A program made the position numbers and the translations under genes. This document shows positions 40,260 to 54,416 of a DNA stretch of 64,000 nt, piece by piece. The stretch is from Octopus vulgaris (lineage: Eukaryota). The stretch is from positions 59,582,001-59,646,000 of the forward strand of contig OX597827.1 of the NCBI GenBank assembly GCA_951406725.2. Reading direction: 5' to 3'. How positions within the stretch are numbered: position 1 is the stretch's first letter; every line of letters starts with the position of its first letter. Below the pieces are notes generated by a model. The model was not told where the DNA came from, searched no databases, and worked only from the letters and a program-made list of their open reading frames with translations.

Positions 40260-40744
40260 AAACACACACACACACACACACACATGCACAAACAATCACA
40301 CGCGCAGGGATAGGAATACAGAAACACACAGAGGAAAAAAATAGCAGGAACACACACTCACACAGATATAGGAACATACACACAAACACACACATACACA
40401 TACAGAAATAGTAACATAGAAAGGCACACTCACACACATACACTCACACACAGTCACGCACTCATACACACATACATACACATGGACACACACATACACT
40501 CACACTAACGCATCCCTTACCCAATGTACACCGGAGCAGGGACTCAGGAATACAAACACCCACGCACACACACACACGCGGTAGCTATTAATCTCGTGTT
40601 GTTTCTAACATGAACAACAGAACCATCCTATTTGAGCCAAGAAAGGTGAACCTCTGTGTGGTCGCTGAACATGCTAAAATTAGCAGCCAAATCTACGTCA
40701 ATATACACCTTAGAGTAGTAACAAAAATTGAATTATTCCCTTAT

Positions 40745-40980
40745 TCTTTTACTTGTTTCAGTCATTTGACTGCGGCCATACTAGAGCACCGCTGTTTAGT
40801 CGAAGAAATCGACCCCATGGACTTATTCTTTGTAAGACTGGTACTTATTTGTTCTTTCGGTCACTTTTGCCGAACCGCTAAGTTTCGGGGCGTAAACACC
40901 CAACATCAGTTGTCAAGCGATGGTGATGGTGGTGGTGGTGGTGGTGGGTTGAACAAACAGACACACAGACACAAATACAC

Positions 40981-41039
<59 letters not shown>

Positions 41040-41170
41040 CGACGAGTTTCTTTCAGTTTCCATCTACCAAATCCACTCACAAGGCTTTGGTTGGTCCGAG
41101 GCTATAGTAGAAAACACTTGCCCAAGGTACCATGCAGCGGGACTGCTCCTTACCACACAGCGACGCCTGC
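40745..41170 (-). mobile_element. SINE family A
   Basis: Reverse-complement match with a deletion in the head. Confidence 0.85.
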
Positions 41171-42564
41171 GCAAAGTATATGTTTGACAAGAGTATTTTG
41201 AAATTATAAAACGTTATAAAAAGTAAGTTGAGAATTGGCAAAGTCATTAGAGCGTCGAACAAACTGTAAAAAAGAAAAAAAATGTTAGCGTCTGAGTTCG
41301 AGTCCCACTCAGGTCAATTTCCTCACTTTTACGATTGATAAAGAACAATTACATGGGTGACATATTTACAGAGTTGCTAGAGATATGTTTACGGTATTTG
41401 CTTCGGCTCTCTGGATTCAAATCCTCCGGAGGTCAGTTTCGTCTTTCACGCTTTTGATATCGATCGATAAAGTGCCAGTCTTTGAACGATGTATCAGTGG
41501 AATTGCTGGCGATTTCTTTTACGTTGTCTGTTTCGACTCTCTGCGCTCTGGGAGCTCAATTTCATCTTTCACCTTTTTAACATCGATAAAGTACCAGTCC
41601 TTCAGCGATATTAACAAAATTGTTTAAGATGTCTTGCGCTATCTATTGCAGATCTTTGCATTTTGAGTTCAAATCCCACCTCTCTGTAGTGGCTCTCTTT
41701 TAGTGACTAACTTTTATAAAAGTTAGCCAATGCAAGAAAAGAAGAGGCATTGGATAATTAATTAATAATGGCAACCCTGTGTAAATTACCTAGATGTCAC
41801 TAGAGTCATGTCTGACTCCAATCTATAATAATGAGTCATCGTAGGGTTAGTTTAGAGTCAACGAGGTAGTTGAGCAGACAAGTACATCCTCTGAAGAAAT
41901 ATAAAAATATAGATACGCTAAAAATAAAATGTCCGACATGTTTGCTTCATTCAACAATCTTAAGATTATATGCACCAAGTCTACGCGAAGAGGAATCATC
42001 GGGGAAGCTAAACCAGTCACAGAAAACTCAAGAACTCATTAAAGCAACCAAACCAATGCTATATAACAGTGAAAAAATTAAATAAATAAATAAGTAAAAA
42101 CCGAAACTCCATAAGAACTTTAAAAAATAGCTTAATATAAATGAAAATGAATATAAAACAAATATTGGCTTATGTGAGTCACATGAGTTGCACGTTTGTC
42201 ACTATTCTCTTTCTCTCTTGCGCGCTCTCTCTTTATTAATCTATCTATCTCTACTCCCTCTCTTCCTCTCTATTCCGACTTTCTTTCTGCCCTTTACGCC
42301 TTCCACTTTTTATTGCTTCTCTGCATGCTCTCTGTCTATGCCGCGGTATCTCCCTTTCTTTTAATGCCCTCTCTCCCGACCTTTCTCTCTTTCTTTCCCC
42401 TTCATCACTACCATGTCCTCTCTCTTCGCTCCTTGTCTATCTGTCTGTCTGTCTGTCTCTCTCTCTCTGTTTCACTATCAGCCATCTTCCTCCTTCGATA
42501 ATGTGTTTAAGTGCCGACGTAATGCGGTTATATAAAGCAACAATAAAACATACACTCATACATG

Positions 42565-42620
<56 letters not shown>

Positions 42621-43218
42621 GACACGGACACACACATATTGACATTTATTTCCTGTTAGTTGTTTATTTAAGGAAGGAGATCCCGGGACGTATTTGAAAA
42701 AAGAAAAAAGAAAATGAAAAGGAAATTTGTACTATTTTTTCTTCGCTTCTTACCTTGCACTCGAAGTACGATTGTGTTCGGCGTGTCTTATAAGCCCGAC
42801 AGTCCCACTTTAATAGAGAGACTAAGCTCTAGCAACAGGAAAATAATCAGATCACTTGAAAAGTTTTAAAGAAGACACTAATGTATAAAGCAGACGATAA
42901 TGTTTTCAACATGTCGCTGGTACAACCAGATGTTGTCATCCAAATACACTGATTCGAACACACATGCGCAGACAACGCACATACATAGACAGACATATGT
43001 ACATACGCATATATATGTATATATTGGTGTGTGTGTGTGTGTTTTCCTCAGATATATATATATATATATATATAGCATACACACATGCATATATATTAAC
43101 AGTTGTGTAAATATACATTCTTACTCCGAATAAATATACGCACATACACCATATCATATGTAACTGCGTATACATACATACATACCTACATACATACATA
43201 CATACATACACACATACA

Positions 43219-43252
<34 letters not shown>

Positions 43253-43755
43253 CATATATGTATATATACACACATATATATATAATATATATTTATATAT
43301 ATATGTGTGTGTGAGCGCGTATATACATATACATATGTATGTATAAATAAATGCATAATATTATACATGTGTATGTCTATATATGTATATAAGAATCATT
43401 CACACAGTTATACATATGTACATATACTTATATACAAAAGAGGTATACATATATATATATATATATATGCAACTTTATACATATGTGTATATATATAGAT
43501 ATATACATCATTATACATATGTGTGTGAATGTATGTATGTATGTATATATATATATATATACATACATACATACACACACATACATACATACATACATAC
43601 ATACATACATACATACATACATACATACATACATACATACATACATACACACATGCATATACACACACTTTTATGTGAATGTACTTGTGTCTATAAAACG
43701 TTTCTTTCTTGCGCTGGAGATGTGTAACTTTATGGACTAGGGTAAACACACATAC

Positions 43756-43793
<38 letters not shown>

Positions 43794-44155
43794 TGTACGT
43801 CGCGCATATACATTTACACATACATGCCACCCGTGTAAATCAAAAAGTGCTTTTGGACTGATGTTGCGCTTGGTGGTAGTGGTGTTGGTGATGCTATTGC
43901 TGCTGTTACAGCTGATAGTTTTGGTGGTGCTGGTGTTGTTTTGGTTGTGGTGGTATTGGTGGTGCAAGTGATATTGTTGGTATTGGTTGTTGTATTATTG
44001 TCATTTCAGGTCAACACTGATCAATTCAAAATTGAACCAACCGTGATCATCTTGTCTTTTTTTACTTTCTGCTAACATGAACCAACGTGTCCTTCATTTC
44101 GAAAAATAAGTAGCTAATTCCTGTAGGTCGACTCGACCATGAAGAGCAGTAATTA

Positions 44156-44578
44156 TACTCTTTTCTCTTTACTCTTTTACTTGTTTCAGTCATTTGACTG
44201 CGGCCATGCTGCAGCACCGCCTTTAATCGAGCAAATCGACCCCGGGGCTTATTCTTTTGTAAGCCCAGTACTTATTCTATCGGTCTCTTTTGCCGAACCG
44301 CTAAGTAACGGGGACATAAACACACCAGCATCAGTTGTCACGCAATGCTAGGGGGACAAACACAGACACACAAACACACAAACACACACACGCATATATA
44401 TACATGCATATATATGATGGGCTTCTTTCAGTTTCCGTCTACCAAATCCACTCACAAGGCTTTGGTCGGCCCGAGGCTATAGTAGAATACACTTGCCCAA
44501 GGTGCCACGCAGTGGGACTGAACCCGGAACCATGTGGTTGGTAAACAAGCTACTTACCACACAGCCACTCCTGCGCCT
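44156..44578 (-). mobile_element. SINE family A, full length with intact 5' end
   Basis: 5' end GGCGCAGGAGTGGCTGTGTGGTAAG, B-box-like GGTTCAGTCCC. Nearly identical to 4849-5245. Confidence 0.92.
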
Positions 44579-45151
44579 ATTCTCAACCATTCTTTTTTTT
44601 TTAACTTATGGACCCCTTCAATTTCTATCTTATTTTATAATGGAAGGAAGGTTTTCTGTCTCTGACAACATGTGAGGCGTCGGAACATAGCGGTAGACGG
44701 GAACGATGTCTGTAGGCTTCACCAGGGAAAATGGCGAAAACGAAACGGCGGGAAACAATCTCGTCCTTACAAGTTTACCGGTTCGTTCCTAGCAGCTTTC
44801 GTCACTTCTCAACATGGCGTCGTTTGTTTAATTCGTCTAAGGAGCGTGGTACCTCGGTGGGGGGGGGGCGCGATCAGGGGACGAATTTGCGGTTCTTCTC
44901 TTCTGTTCATTCGTGTGTATAAGTTTGTACAGCTTTTCTATTTTGAGGTAGAGCGAACACATGCACATAGAAAGCTCATTCTTTTAGGAATCATAACGAT
45001 GGCGAAACTTTCGTATTCAAACTCGGGCTGCGAAGTTGATGGCCGGCTTGCTTGAAAATATGTCCTCTCGTTGCTGCATTTAGAAACTAAGTTCTTCGTT
45101 CGGGTGAGCCATTTTAACCACGATAGAAGCTTGATGTTTAAAAAATCCTAA

Positions 45152-45197
45152 GACTCCTGATGATGGTTGGAGGGTATATCAACCGAAACGTTGTGTT
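45152..45197 (+). ncRNA. Minimal hammerhead-like motif
   Basis: GACTC CTGATGA T GGTTG-(10 nt)-CAACC GAAA CG TT GTGTT. Stem I has one mismatch, AACGTT palindrome, GTT triplet. Confidence 0.55.
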
Positions 45198-45665
45198 AAC
45201 AACAAACAAGATGAGGACAAATATCCGTCAATTGTAAATAATGTAAATAATGTAAATAATTCCTCATCTCTTAAATATAGATCTACATCTTGGATCACGA
45301 TATCGAACGTTTCTTTCATTTCTCAGAAGACAGTTTTGTACTATGACTAAGATTTGGCTGGTATTTCCAGCGAGAGCGAGCAACTGCATGATGACTCCTT
45401 ATGATGTTGATGATGGTGATAGTGATTGTGAAGTGATAGTCATTAATCATTACTCATTAATCATTATTTATGTCGTTCTTTAGTTGCATGAAAGTCATGA
45501 CTGAATAGAACAATGACACAAAGACGTTACGACCATGGACATCCCGCATTTTGTAAATCAGTCACTATATTTACATAATCTAATGACTTTTTCCTGCCAT
45601 TCATATTTTAAGATACTAAAAGTGTAATTTGAAGGTAATTTGGCTATTATTTTTAGCCTTTCGGA

Positions 45666-45899
45666 GGGCGGCGAGCAGGCAGAAACGTTAGCACGCCGGG
45701 CGAAATGCGTAGCCGTATTTCGTCTGCCGCTACGTTCTGAGTTCAAATTCCGCCGAGGTTGACTTTACCTTTCATCCTTTCGGGGTCGATTAAATAAGTA
45801 CCAGTTACGCACTGGGGTCGATGTAATCGACTTAATCCGTTTGTCTGTCCTTGTTTGACCTCTCTATGTTTAGCCTCCTGTGGGCAATAAAGAAATGTG
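45666..45899 (+). mobile_element. SINE family B, full length with 12-bp TSD
   Basis: TSD TAGCCTTTCGGA at 45654-45665 and 45900-45911. Head GGCGGCGAGCAGGCAGAA, B-box-like GAGTTCAAATTCC. The central GACTTT(G/A)CCTTTCATCCTTTCGGGGTCGAT..TAAGTACCAG resembles the Meta/MESC SINE domain (from recall). Confidence 0.92.
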
Positions 45900-46219
45900 T
45901 AGCCTTTCGGACCACTTCGTAGAGACGGTACTATCATTTTGGTCGTTCAGGGGTAGATGTCATGTTAATGACAGCAATGACGGCAACAGTTTAGTGATGG
46001 CCTTCGTTACAGAGATGATGGTGGTCGTGCTGCTGCTGCTGCTGCTGCAGGCGGTGGCTGTGGTGGCGGTAGCGGTGATAGTGGGGGTAGGCGGAGTTGC
46101 GGGTGTTAGAGGTGTAGGAGGAAAAAGAATGGGAAGAATATATAAAAAAACAACAGGAAGCAGAGGAGGAAGATAGATTGCAGTCATTGTTCCACAGTAG
46201 CAGAGGCAGTAGCAGCAGC

Positions 46220-46251
<32 letters not shown>

Positions 46252-46442
46252 CAGCACAAGCCAAAATTTGCTATAGTTTCTCAGTATAGACATGCTCTCT
46301 GAACATATGACGGTCCTGCGATTTTCATTAAACCCAAGTCTCTTTTCTTTTCATCTTTACACATACACACATATGTATGTATGTACGTGTGTATATACAC
46401 ACACAGAGACACATCTATATATGTATGTATACGCATACACAC

Positions 46443-46479
<37 letters not shown>

Positions 46480-46597
46480 AGTTTACTTAAGACTTACGAG
46501 ATGTTTCATCAAGAGCAGTAAACTGCTTTGCTTGCTGTTCTCTTTGTGAAACATCTTGCAAACTTTGGAAGTGTAAGTAAACTCTGCCTTGCAAAGA

Positions 46598-46632
<35 letters not shown>

Positions 46633-46800
46633 TAATAATAATAATAATAGTAATAATAACAATAATGGAAACTCGGTAAGAAAAGGAAAGAAACTTGAAA
46701 GGAGATGAAAATGAAAATGATAATAATGATAAAAACAAGTGATAACAAAAACAAAACTCTACCAGCAAACATGTTGAGTACAATATATTTTGAGTCGTTG

Positions 46801-46864
<64 letters not shown>

Positions 46865-46901
46865 ATGCCACCAACAGCACCATCATATATATGCATACCT
46901 C

Positions 46902-47007
<106 letters not shown>

Positions 47008-47148
47008 TGCATATATGGGTACAGGACGTCACCCACGGTGCAAATAACATGAAATACGTGAACAAGCAAAAATGGAAAGCAGGGCAACTAAACACAGAGA
47101 AAGGACCCCTCATCAGTTGTCGGCTTTCAATCTACTCCTCATTTCGAG

Positions 47149-47179
<31 letters not shown>

Positions 47180-47233
47180 GTGTGTGTGTATGTATGTATG
47201 TATATAGATAGATAGATAAATAGATAGATATAT

Positions 47234-47268
<35 letters not shown>

Positions 47269-47306
47269 ATGTATGTATGTAGATAGATAGATAAATAGAT
47301 AGATAT

Positions 47307-47359
<53 letters not shown>

Positions 47360-47387
47360 AGATAGATAGATAAATAGATAGATATAT

Positions 47388-47433
<46 letters not shown>

Positions 47434-47531
47434 GCATATATATCCATACACACACACACATAATGAAACGCGAAATAGAAATATGAAAGCGATAAACGGA
47501 AGACAAATATACATGGAAATCCTCTCACTCA

Positions 47532-47590
<59 letters not shown>

Positions 47591-47604
47591 CTACATGTAA
47601 TGTA

Positions 47605-47995
47605 TTCTCTTTACTTGTTTCAGTCACTGGACTGCAGCCATTCTGGTGCACCACCTTCATGTGGTTTAGTTTTTATGTCTGCTTCTTTAAGACTATCTTC
47701 TTTAAGACTATTTCTATGTCTACTTTCTTTAAGACCATTGGTAAATTTTTTTACCGAGCCGAAACGTTATGGAGGGCAAACACAAGCGTTGGTAGAGGAC
47801 ATACACAAACAGAAACACACACATACATATTACATAACGAGCTTCCGCACAGTCTCTATCTATTAAATTCGACCATAGCACATTGGTCAACCAGGGGCTG
47901 TAGTAGAAGATAATTTCCAAAGGTGCCGCGGAAAGAGGGACCGAGCTCGAATCTTCGTTGTTTCAAAGAGATCTTCTTAACCACACAGCTATACC
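47605..47995 (-). mobile_element. Degenerate SINE family A
   Basis: TTTACTTGTTTCAGTCA...GCTGTAGTAGAAGA...ACCACACAGC. Confidence 0.7.
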
Positions 47996-48039
47996 TATGC
48001 ATATTTTATGGAATGTGTGTGTGCGGGTATGTGTGTGTA

Positions 48040-48071
<32 letters not shown>

Positions 48072-48473
48072 TGTGTGTGTGTGTGAGTGTGTGCGTGTGT
48101 GTGTACAGATCGTCTAATTGATACATGTTTGTTGCATTTTCTCACTATTTTTTCGCTCCTCATCTTTACTTTCCGTAGTAGAGCGTACGGTTGAGACGTA
48201 AAAGACTTTCCTCCCTATTTTTCCCGAGCGTAAACCTAATACACGCTGTTTCTTCGTTTTCTTTTTACCTCATCCTTGTGTGTTTTTTTATCCTTGCACC
48301 GTATATATAATACACATATACTACATGTATGTCTATATAAATAAATAAATAAATACATACATATATATATATGTATGTATACATGTATATACTTATGTGT
48401 ATGTGATGTATATATATATATATATATAGTTTTATTATACACACACATACACACATATATGTATGTATGTGCG

Positions 48474-48552
<79 letters not shown>

Positions 48553-48984
48553 TCATTATATTATGTATTATAATATATTGAATTATTAACCCGCTAGCAA
48601 TATATCCAGTCAGCTTGTCTGCCAATCTTCAATTGGTCTCACGTCAACCAACCACTCCACCCACGCCTCACTTCTTCATTTCTTCAAAACCGCCTTCGCT
48701 TCTCCCTTTTTCTCCTCTACATGCACTCCCTCTTCCTTCTCCTCCTCATCCCCCCTCCTCCTCCTCGTCGGCCTCTTCACTAATCATATCGAGTTGAGAC
48801 ATAAATATTTACTTTGCCGTCTTCCATATAAACAGGCTCACGCACGCACGCACACACACATACGTGTGCACACACATGTACACACATATATACGCACACA
48901 GCTTCAGTATTTGATTTGATTTGTTTTTCTGGCAAAATTTTTCTCTTCTTTGGACATGGCCTCCAGTTACGTTGCTGGATTGTG

Positions 48985-49727
48985 GTCTTGTTGTTGTTAT
49001 TGCAGTTACTAGTCCTGTTGTTGTTGTTGGTGGTGGTGGTGTTGCTGTGCTTGTTACTGTTCATAGTGGTGCCGAGATTGCAGTTGTTGATGGCGGTGGC
49101 GATGGCAGTGATGGAGATGTCATCGTTGATGTTGTAGTTGGTGGTGGTAGTGGTCACGGGGTGATGAATATGGTATTGGTGTTGGAGTTGTTCTTGGTGG
49201 TGGTGTTGGTGGTGGTGGCCATGTTGATAACGATGTTATTGTTGCTGATGGTATTCCTGTTGATGTCGGCGGTGTTGGTGTTGGTGGTGCTTGTGTATGT
49301 AGGTGGCGGTTGTGGAGGTGTTGGTGGTGGTGGTGGTTGTAGTGTTGTTGATGATGTTGATTGTGGTGTTGGTGGTGGCATTGATAATGGTCTTGTTGGT
49401 GGTGGAGGTGGTGATGGTGTTGGTAGTAGCAGTGTTGGTGGTGGTGATGGTGTTGGTAGTAATGTCGGAGGTGGTGTTGATGGTAGTGGTAGTGGTAGTG
49501 GTGGTGTTGGTGGTGGTAGTGTCGGTGGCAGTGTTTTTGATGGTGTTGGCGTTCTTGCTGTCCTCGCAGTTGTTGATGTCGATAGATTTGTGATGGTGAT
49601 GAAGGCTGATTTAATAGTATTGTTGGTGATCGATGTGGTAATAAAACAATAGGATTTTCGTTGTTATTGGGTATTGAAGTGGTGGCTATTGTTTTTGTTT
49701 TTGTTGTTGCCGCAGGAAAACAATAGC

Positions 49728-49763
<36 letters not shown>

Positions 49764-50115
49764 TGTTGTTGTTGGTGATGGTGGTGGTGGTAGTGGTGGT
49801 TATGGTGAAGGTATTGTAAGTGCTGTAGTAGGAAGACAATAGCAGTTGTAATAGTAGTAGCAGCAGCAGCGGTAGTAGTAGTAGTAGTAGTAGTAGCAGT
49901 AGTAGTAGTAGTGGTAGTAATAGTAGTAGTATTTGTTGTTGTCGTCGTTGGTGACGGTGGTGATGGTGAAGGAAGTGTAAGAGCTGTGGTAGGAAAACAA
50001 TAGCAGTTATTGTAGTAGTTGTAGTAGTAGTAGTAGTAGTAGTAATAGTGGTGGTGGTGGTGGTGGTAGTAGTAATAGTAGTGGGGTGTGGTGATAGTAG
50101 TAGTAGTAGTAGTAG
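48985..50115. repeat. Degenerate (GGT/TGT/TAG)n tract
   Basis: Trinucleotide low complexity that explains the 243 and 342 aa ORFs. Confidence 0.85.
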
Positions 50116-50157
50116 TTTGTGTTGTATTTTGCCCTTGCTTATCTTCATGCTGATAAT

Positions 50158-50520
50158 GTTTGTCTGTCCTTGTTTGTCCCCTCTGTGTTTAGTCCCTTGT
50201 GGGTAGTAAAGAAATAGGTATTTCGTCTGCCGTTACGTTCTGAGTTCAAATTCCGCCGAGGTCGACTTTGCCTTTAATCCTTTCGGAGTCGATTAAATAA
50301 GTACCAGTTCCGCACTGGGGTCGATATAATCGACTTAATCTGCTTGTCTGCCTTTGTTTGTCTCCTCTGTGTTTAGTCCCTTGTGGGTAGTAAAGAAATA
50401 GGTATTTCGTCTGCCGCTACGTTCTGAGTTCAAATTCCGCCGAGGTCGACTTTGCCTTTCATCCTTTCGGGGTCGATTAAATAAGTACCAGTTGCGCACT
50501 GGAGTCGATCTAATCGACTG
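50158..50520 (+). mobile_element. Head-less SINE B tandem multimer, period 184 bp
   Basis: The junction AAGAAATA|GGTATTTCGTCTGCCG occurs at 50217 and 50401. Confidence 0.9.
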
Positions 50521-51544
50521 TGCCCTTCCTAAAACATTTCGGTCCTTCTGCGTAGAGTAGAAAAACAATTTTTTTGTTTGTTGTTGTCATTGGCGTCACT
50601 GGCAGAATTTCCAACCACGGAAAAAAAACAAAAACAATAATAAAGCCCACGACAGCAACAACAGCAGCAGCAACAACAACAACAACTATGGCAACAGCAT
50701 CAGTATCAGCAGCAACAGAAGAAATACGAGCATCAAGAACTTATATGACAGCACGGTAATAGCCAAAAGCAAGATATATAACATCCTCATCGTCATCATC
50801 ATCATTGTCATCATCATCATCACCAACATCATCATCGCCGTTGTCACCGTCGTTGTCATCGTCGTCGCCGTCATTGTTCGAAATGTTCTGATGCTCATTG
50901 CTGCCGCCGCTGCTGCTGCTGATTGCATTGCCAGTAGAACAATAAAATATAACAATAAAATATGCTTAACGGTTACTTCTGTTGAGTTGCCAAGGGTAAC
51001 ATATTTAAATCATCATTACGATCACCATCTTCATCGTAGTCGTCGTCGTCGTCGTCATCATCATCATCATCTGCATCAGCAGCAGCAGCAGCGTCAACGT
51101 CATCAGCGTCAGTATCATCATCATCATCGTAATCATCAACGTAATCATAATCATCATCATCATCATCGTCGTCGTCATCGTCAACGTCATCGTTTGTCTC
51201 TCTGTCTGTCTGTCTCTCATTAATAGCCATCAGCACAGCTCCCATAAAACCACATCTACTATAGACCCACACTCCTTCGACAGTCACGATTGGACCCTCA
51301 CCCAGAAGAAATTTGGTGAAAGCTTATGGCTACCCTCAACACCAGCAACACTTTCAACTGGTCTGTCATGCGATTTCCCCGTTAAAACTACCCTATCTGT
51401 TTCTGGTCCCTTGACATAATAGCTCTCCTCTCAAATCCTTTTAAGGCAGCCTGTCCCTACAGTCTATCAAATATTCTGTCCCAGGGTTCGGGTCTGTCTT
51501 CCAAATCAATCAACCAGCAACACACCCATACATCCACACTAAGA

Positions 51545-52490
51545 AACCAGCCATTCATATCGCTAACCAACCAAGTGACCAATCAATCAAGCAAGCAAGC
51601 TGGCAACCAACCAACCAACCAATCAACCAATCAATCATCAACTTCGTCAAGCAACCAATTAACAGTAACCTAGGCAATCAAGCCATACAGCAAACAACCG
51701 ACCAAGTTATCAATTAACCGACCAACTAACCAGCCAACTAGCTAACCAATCAACTAATCAGCAAGCCAACCAGCCAATAATCCAATAAATCAGGCAACCA
51801 ACCAACCAAACAACTAACCGATCGACCAACCAACCAACCAGCCAACCAGCCAACCGACCAACCAATCAATCAACCAACCAAAGAAAGAAACAAATAAAGA
51901 GCCAATAAACAACTACATACAAAACCAACCTACCAATTAATCAACGAACCAGCCAGCCAATCAACCAACTAATCACAGAACCAACCAACCAATCGACCAA
52001 CCAGCTAACTAACCAATCACCCAACAAACCAACAAACCAGCCAGCCTACCAACCTACCAACCAACCAATCAACCATACAATCAAGCAACCAACCAACCAG
52101 CCAACCAACCAGCCTATGGCACAACCAGCCAGCCAACTAGTTAACCATCCGATCAACCGACGTAACAACGAACTCACCAGTTAACCAGCCAATTACACAA
52201 CCAGCCAGCCAGCTTACCAACCGACTAAACAACCAACAAATCAGCCAGCCAACCAGCCAATCACATAACCAACCAACCAATGAACCAAGTAACTAACCAA
52301 CCAATCACACAACCGACCAAACAACCAAACTAGTTTATAAACTTAACCAACGAACCAATCACATTACACGACCAAACCTACGACAAACCAGCCAGCAAAC
52401 CAACCAACCAACCAGCCAACCAGCCAGCCAACCAACCAACCAACCAGCCAACCAGCCAACAAGCGAGCTAAGCAGCCAACCAGCCAGCAA
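51545..52490. repeat. Long degenerate (AACC/AGCC/AATC)n tract
   Basis: About 950 bp of imperfect tetranucleotide units, strongly A/C-skewed on the plus strand. Confidence 0.9.
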
Positions 52491-54102
52491 TATGAAATTC
52501 TGCGTGTGATTTCTATCCGAACACGACATTGCTTTGACAGGCATTACAGAGGACGCCGGAAGTTATAGCGACAGGACCGGAAATTACTTTGGTAGCGGGA
52601 AAGTCGTCACTGCTGCTGCTGCTGCTATTGCTGTTGTCATCACCTTCTATGTAACTACTATAGTTTTTAGTTCTTTTATTTTTAAGTTTGTTATTTTTGT
52701 GGGGGTGGGGGCGGAGGGAGTCGGGAGCTATCAAACAGTCAACCCCTAATTTAAAAAAATAAAATTCTTGTTGTTTTTGTTGGTGCTGGTATAGTTTAAT
52801 ATTTTTGCATTTATTGTTTTCTTTTTCTTTTTCTTTTTTTTTGTAAGGGTGCTGTCGTTTCTATTTGATGTCGCTAGTTTTGGATTTTTTTTTTTTTGCA
52901 GATTTGTTTGCAAACACGGGAGCAGCAAACGGAGGAGGCGGAGGAGTAGAATCCGAAGATAAAGAAATATGAAAGAAGAGGAAGAACAAATAAAAAAAAT
53001 AAGAAACGGGAGAAAAATAAGGAGGGGAAAAGAGGAAGACAAAGTGAAGAAGGAGGAGGAGGAGGAAAATGAACTGAAGAAAAAAGAATAGAAAATAAAA
53101 AGCATTAGAAGAAATGAAGAAGAAAAGGAAAAAGAAGAAGAAGAAGAAGAAGAAGAAGAAGAAGAAGAAGAAGAAGAAGGAGAAGAGGAAGGAGAAGAGG
53201 AAGAAGAAGAGTAAGAGGATGAGTAGGAGGAAAGAAGAACGAAGATGATTGAATAGGGAAGAAAAAGAAAAAAGCGGAGATAGAGGAAAAAGAAGAAGTG
53301 GTGGTGGAGGAAAAGATCGGACTGGGAAGAAAAAAAATCGATATGCCTGGACGTCCACGCTACATGTCGTACAATAAAACCACGGCATGTCAGGTCAAAG
53401 TGCAGAGTGTAAATTCTAAACTAATTGGCGTAGTGATGGATTATCTAAAGAGCTTGATCTGTTGCACATTGCAGAGAGATTAGTAATTCTTCATCTCTTT
53501 CTTTTCGGTAATTTTCCCCTTCCCTGCCTTTTACCAGTTCACTATCCTGGTTCCTTTTCACATATAAGAAAGAAGTAATTTTGTATACAGCAGAATTTAT
53601 TTACATAGCATTAACAGCCTTTAAATAAAGAAATCTTTTGTACAACACTATTTCATACCATTAACAACTTTATATTAAAGTACTTTAGTCTGAAACACAA
53701 TTTATTAACAACTTTATATTAGAGTTTTATACATTATTACATAACGTTAACAACATTATAAATTTTTCATTAGCATCGTTAAAAATCACCTCTAATGAAA
53801 ATATATCAAGTAAAAATTAAAAAAAAACATTCCCCCAAAATGCAAAAAATAGAAAATCTGCATGAAATAATTGCTAAAGAATTCTTCGATCCAAGACCAG
53901 TTCACATTTTAGAAATTACACCTGGAATCATGAAATTTCTTCTATAGAATAGCTAAATTTCCTTACTGGAATCCGCCACATTTGCCCTTAGAATCGTTAA
54001 ATATGTGAGTATGTGTACGAGAAACATGCTCTTACACACATTCATACAAACATGCACATACATACATATTTATCTGTATATACGCAAAGGAGGAGATTAA
54101 TC

Positions 54103-54161
<59 letters not shown>

Positions 54162-54353
54162 ATTGCAGTAGTTTTTTTTTATTGACTCTGAAAGGATATG
54201 AAGAAAAGTAAGTGAAAGTCGACCTCGACAGAATTTGAACTCAGAACGTAAAGACAGACGAAATACTCCACTAAGCAGATTTATATATGAAATCTAAACG
54301 TTAACCCACTACAAACAACAATAACAACGATAACAACAACAACAGTAGCACTG

Positions 54354-54416
<63 letters not shown>

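Noticed and set aside
44672-45055. 127-aa non-repetitive ORF upstream of the 45152 HHR as a Penelope GIY-YIG remnant
   Set aside because: No GIY-YIG or RT motif is recognisable by eye and the start is non-ATG. A profile search would be needed.
48921-50148. 243 and 342 aa ORFs, the longest in the window
   Set aside because: Both lie almost entirely within (GGT/TAG)n low-complexity sequence.
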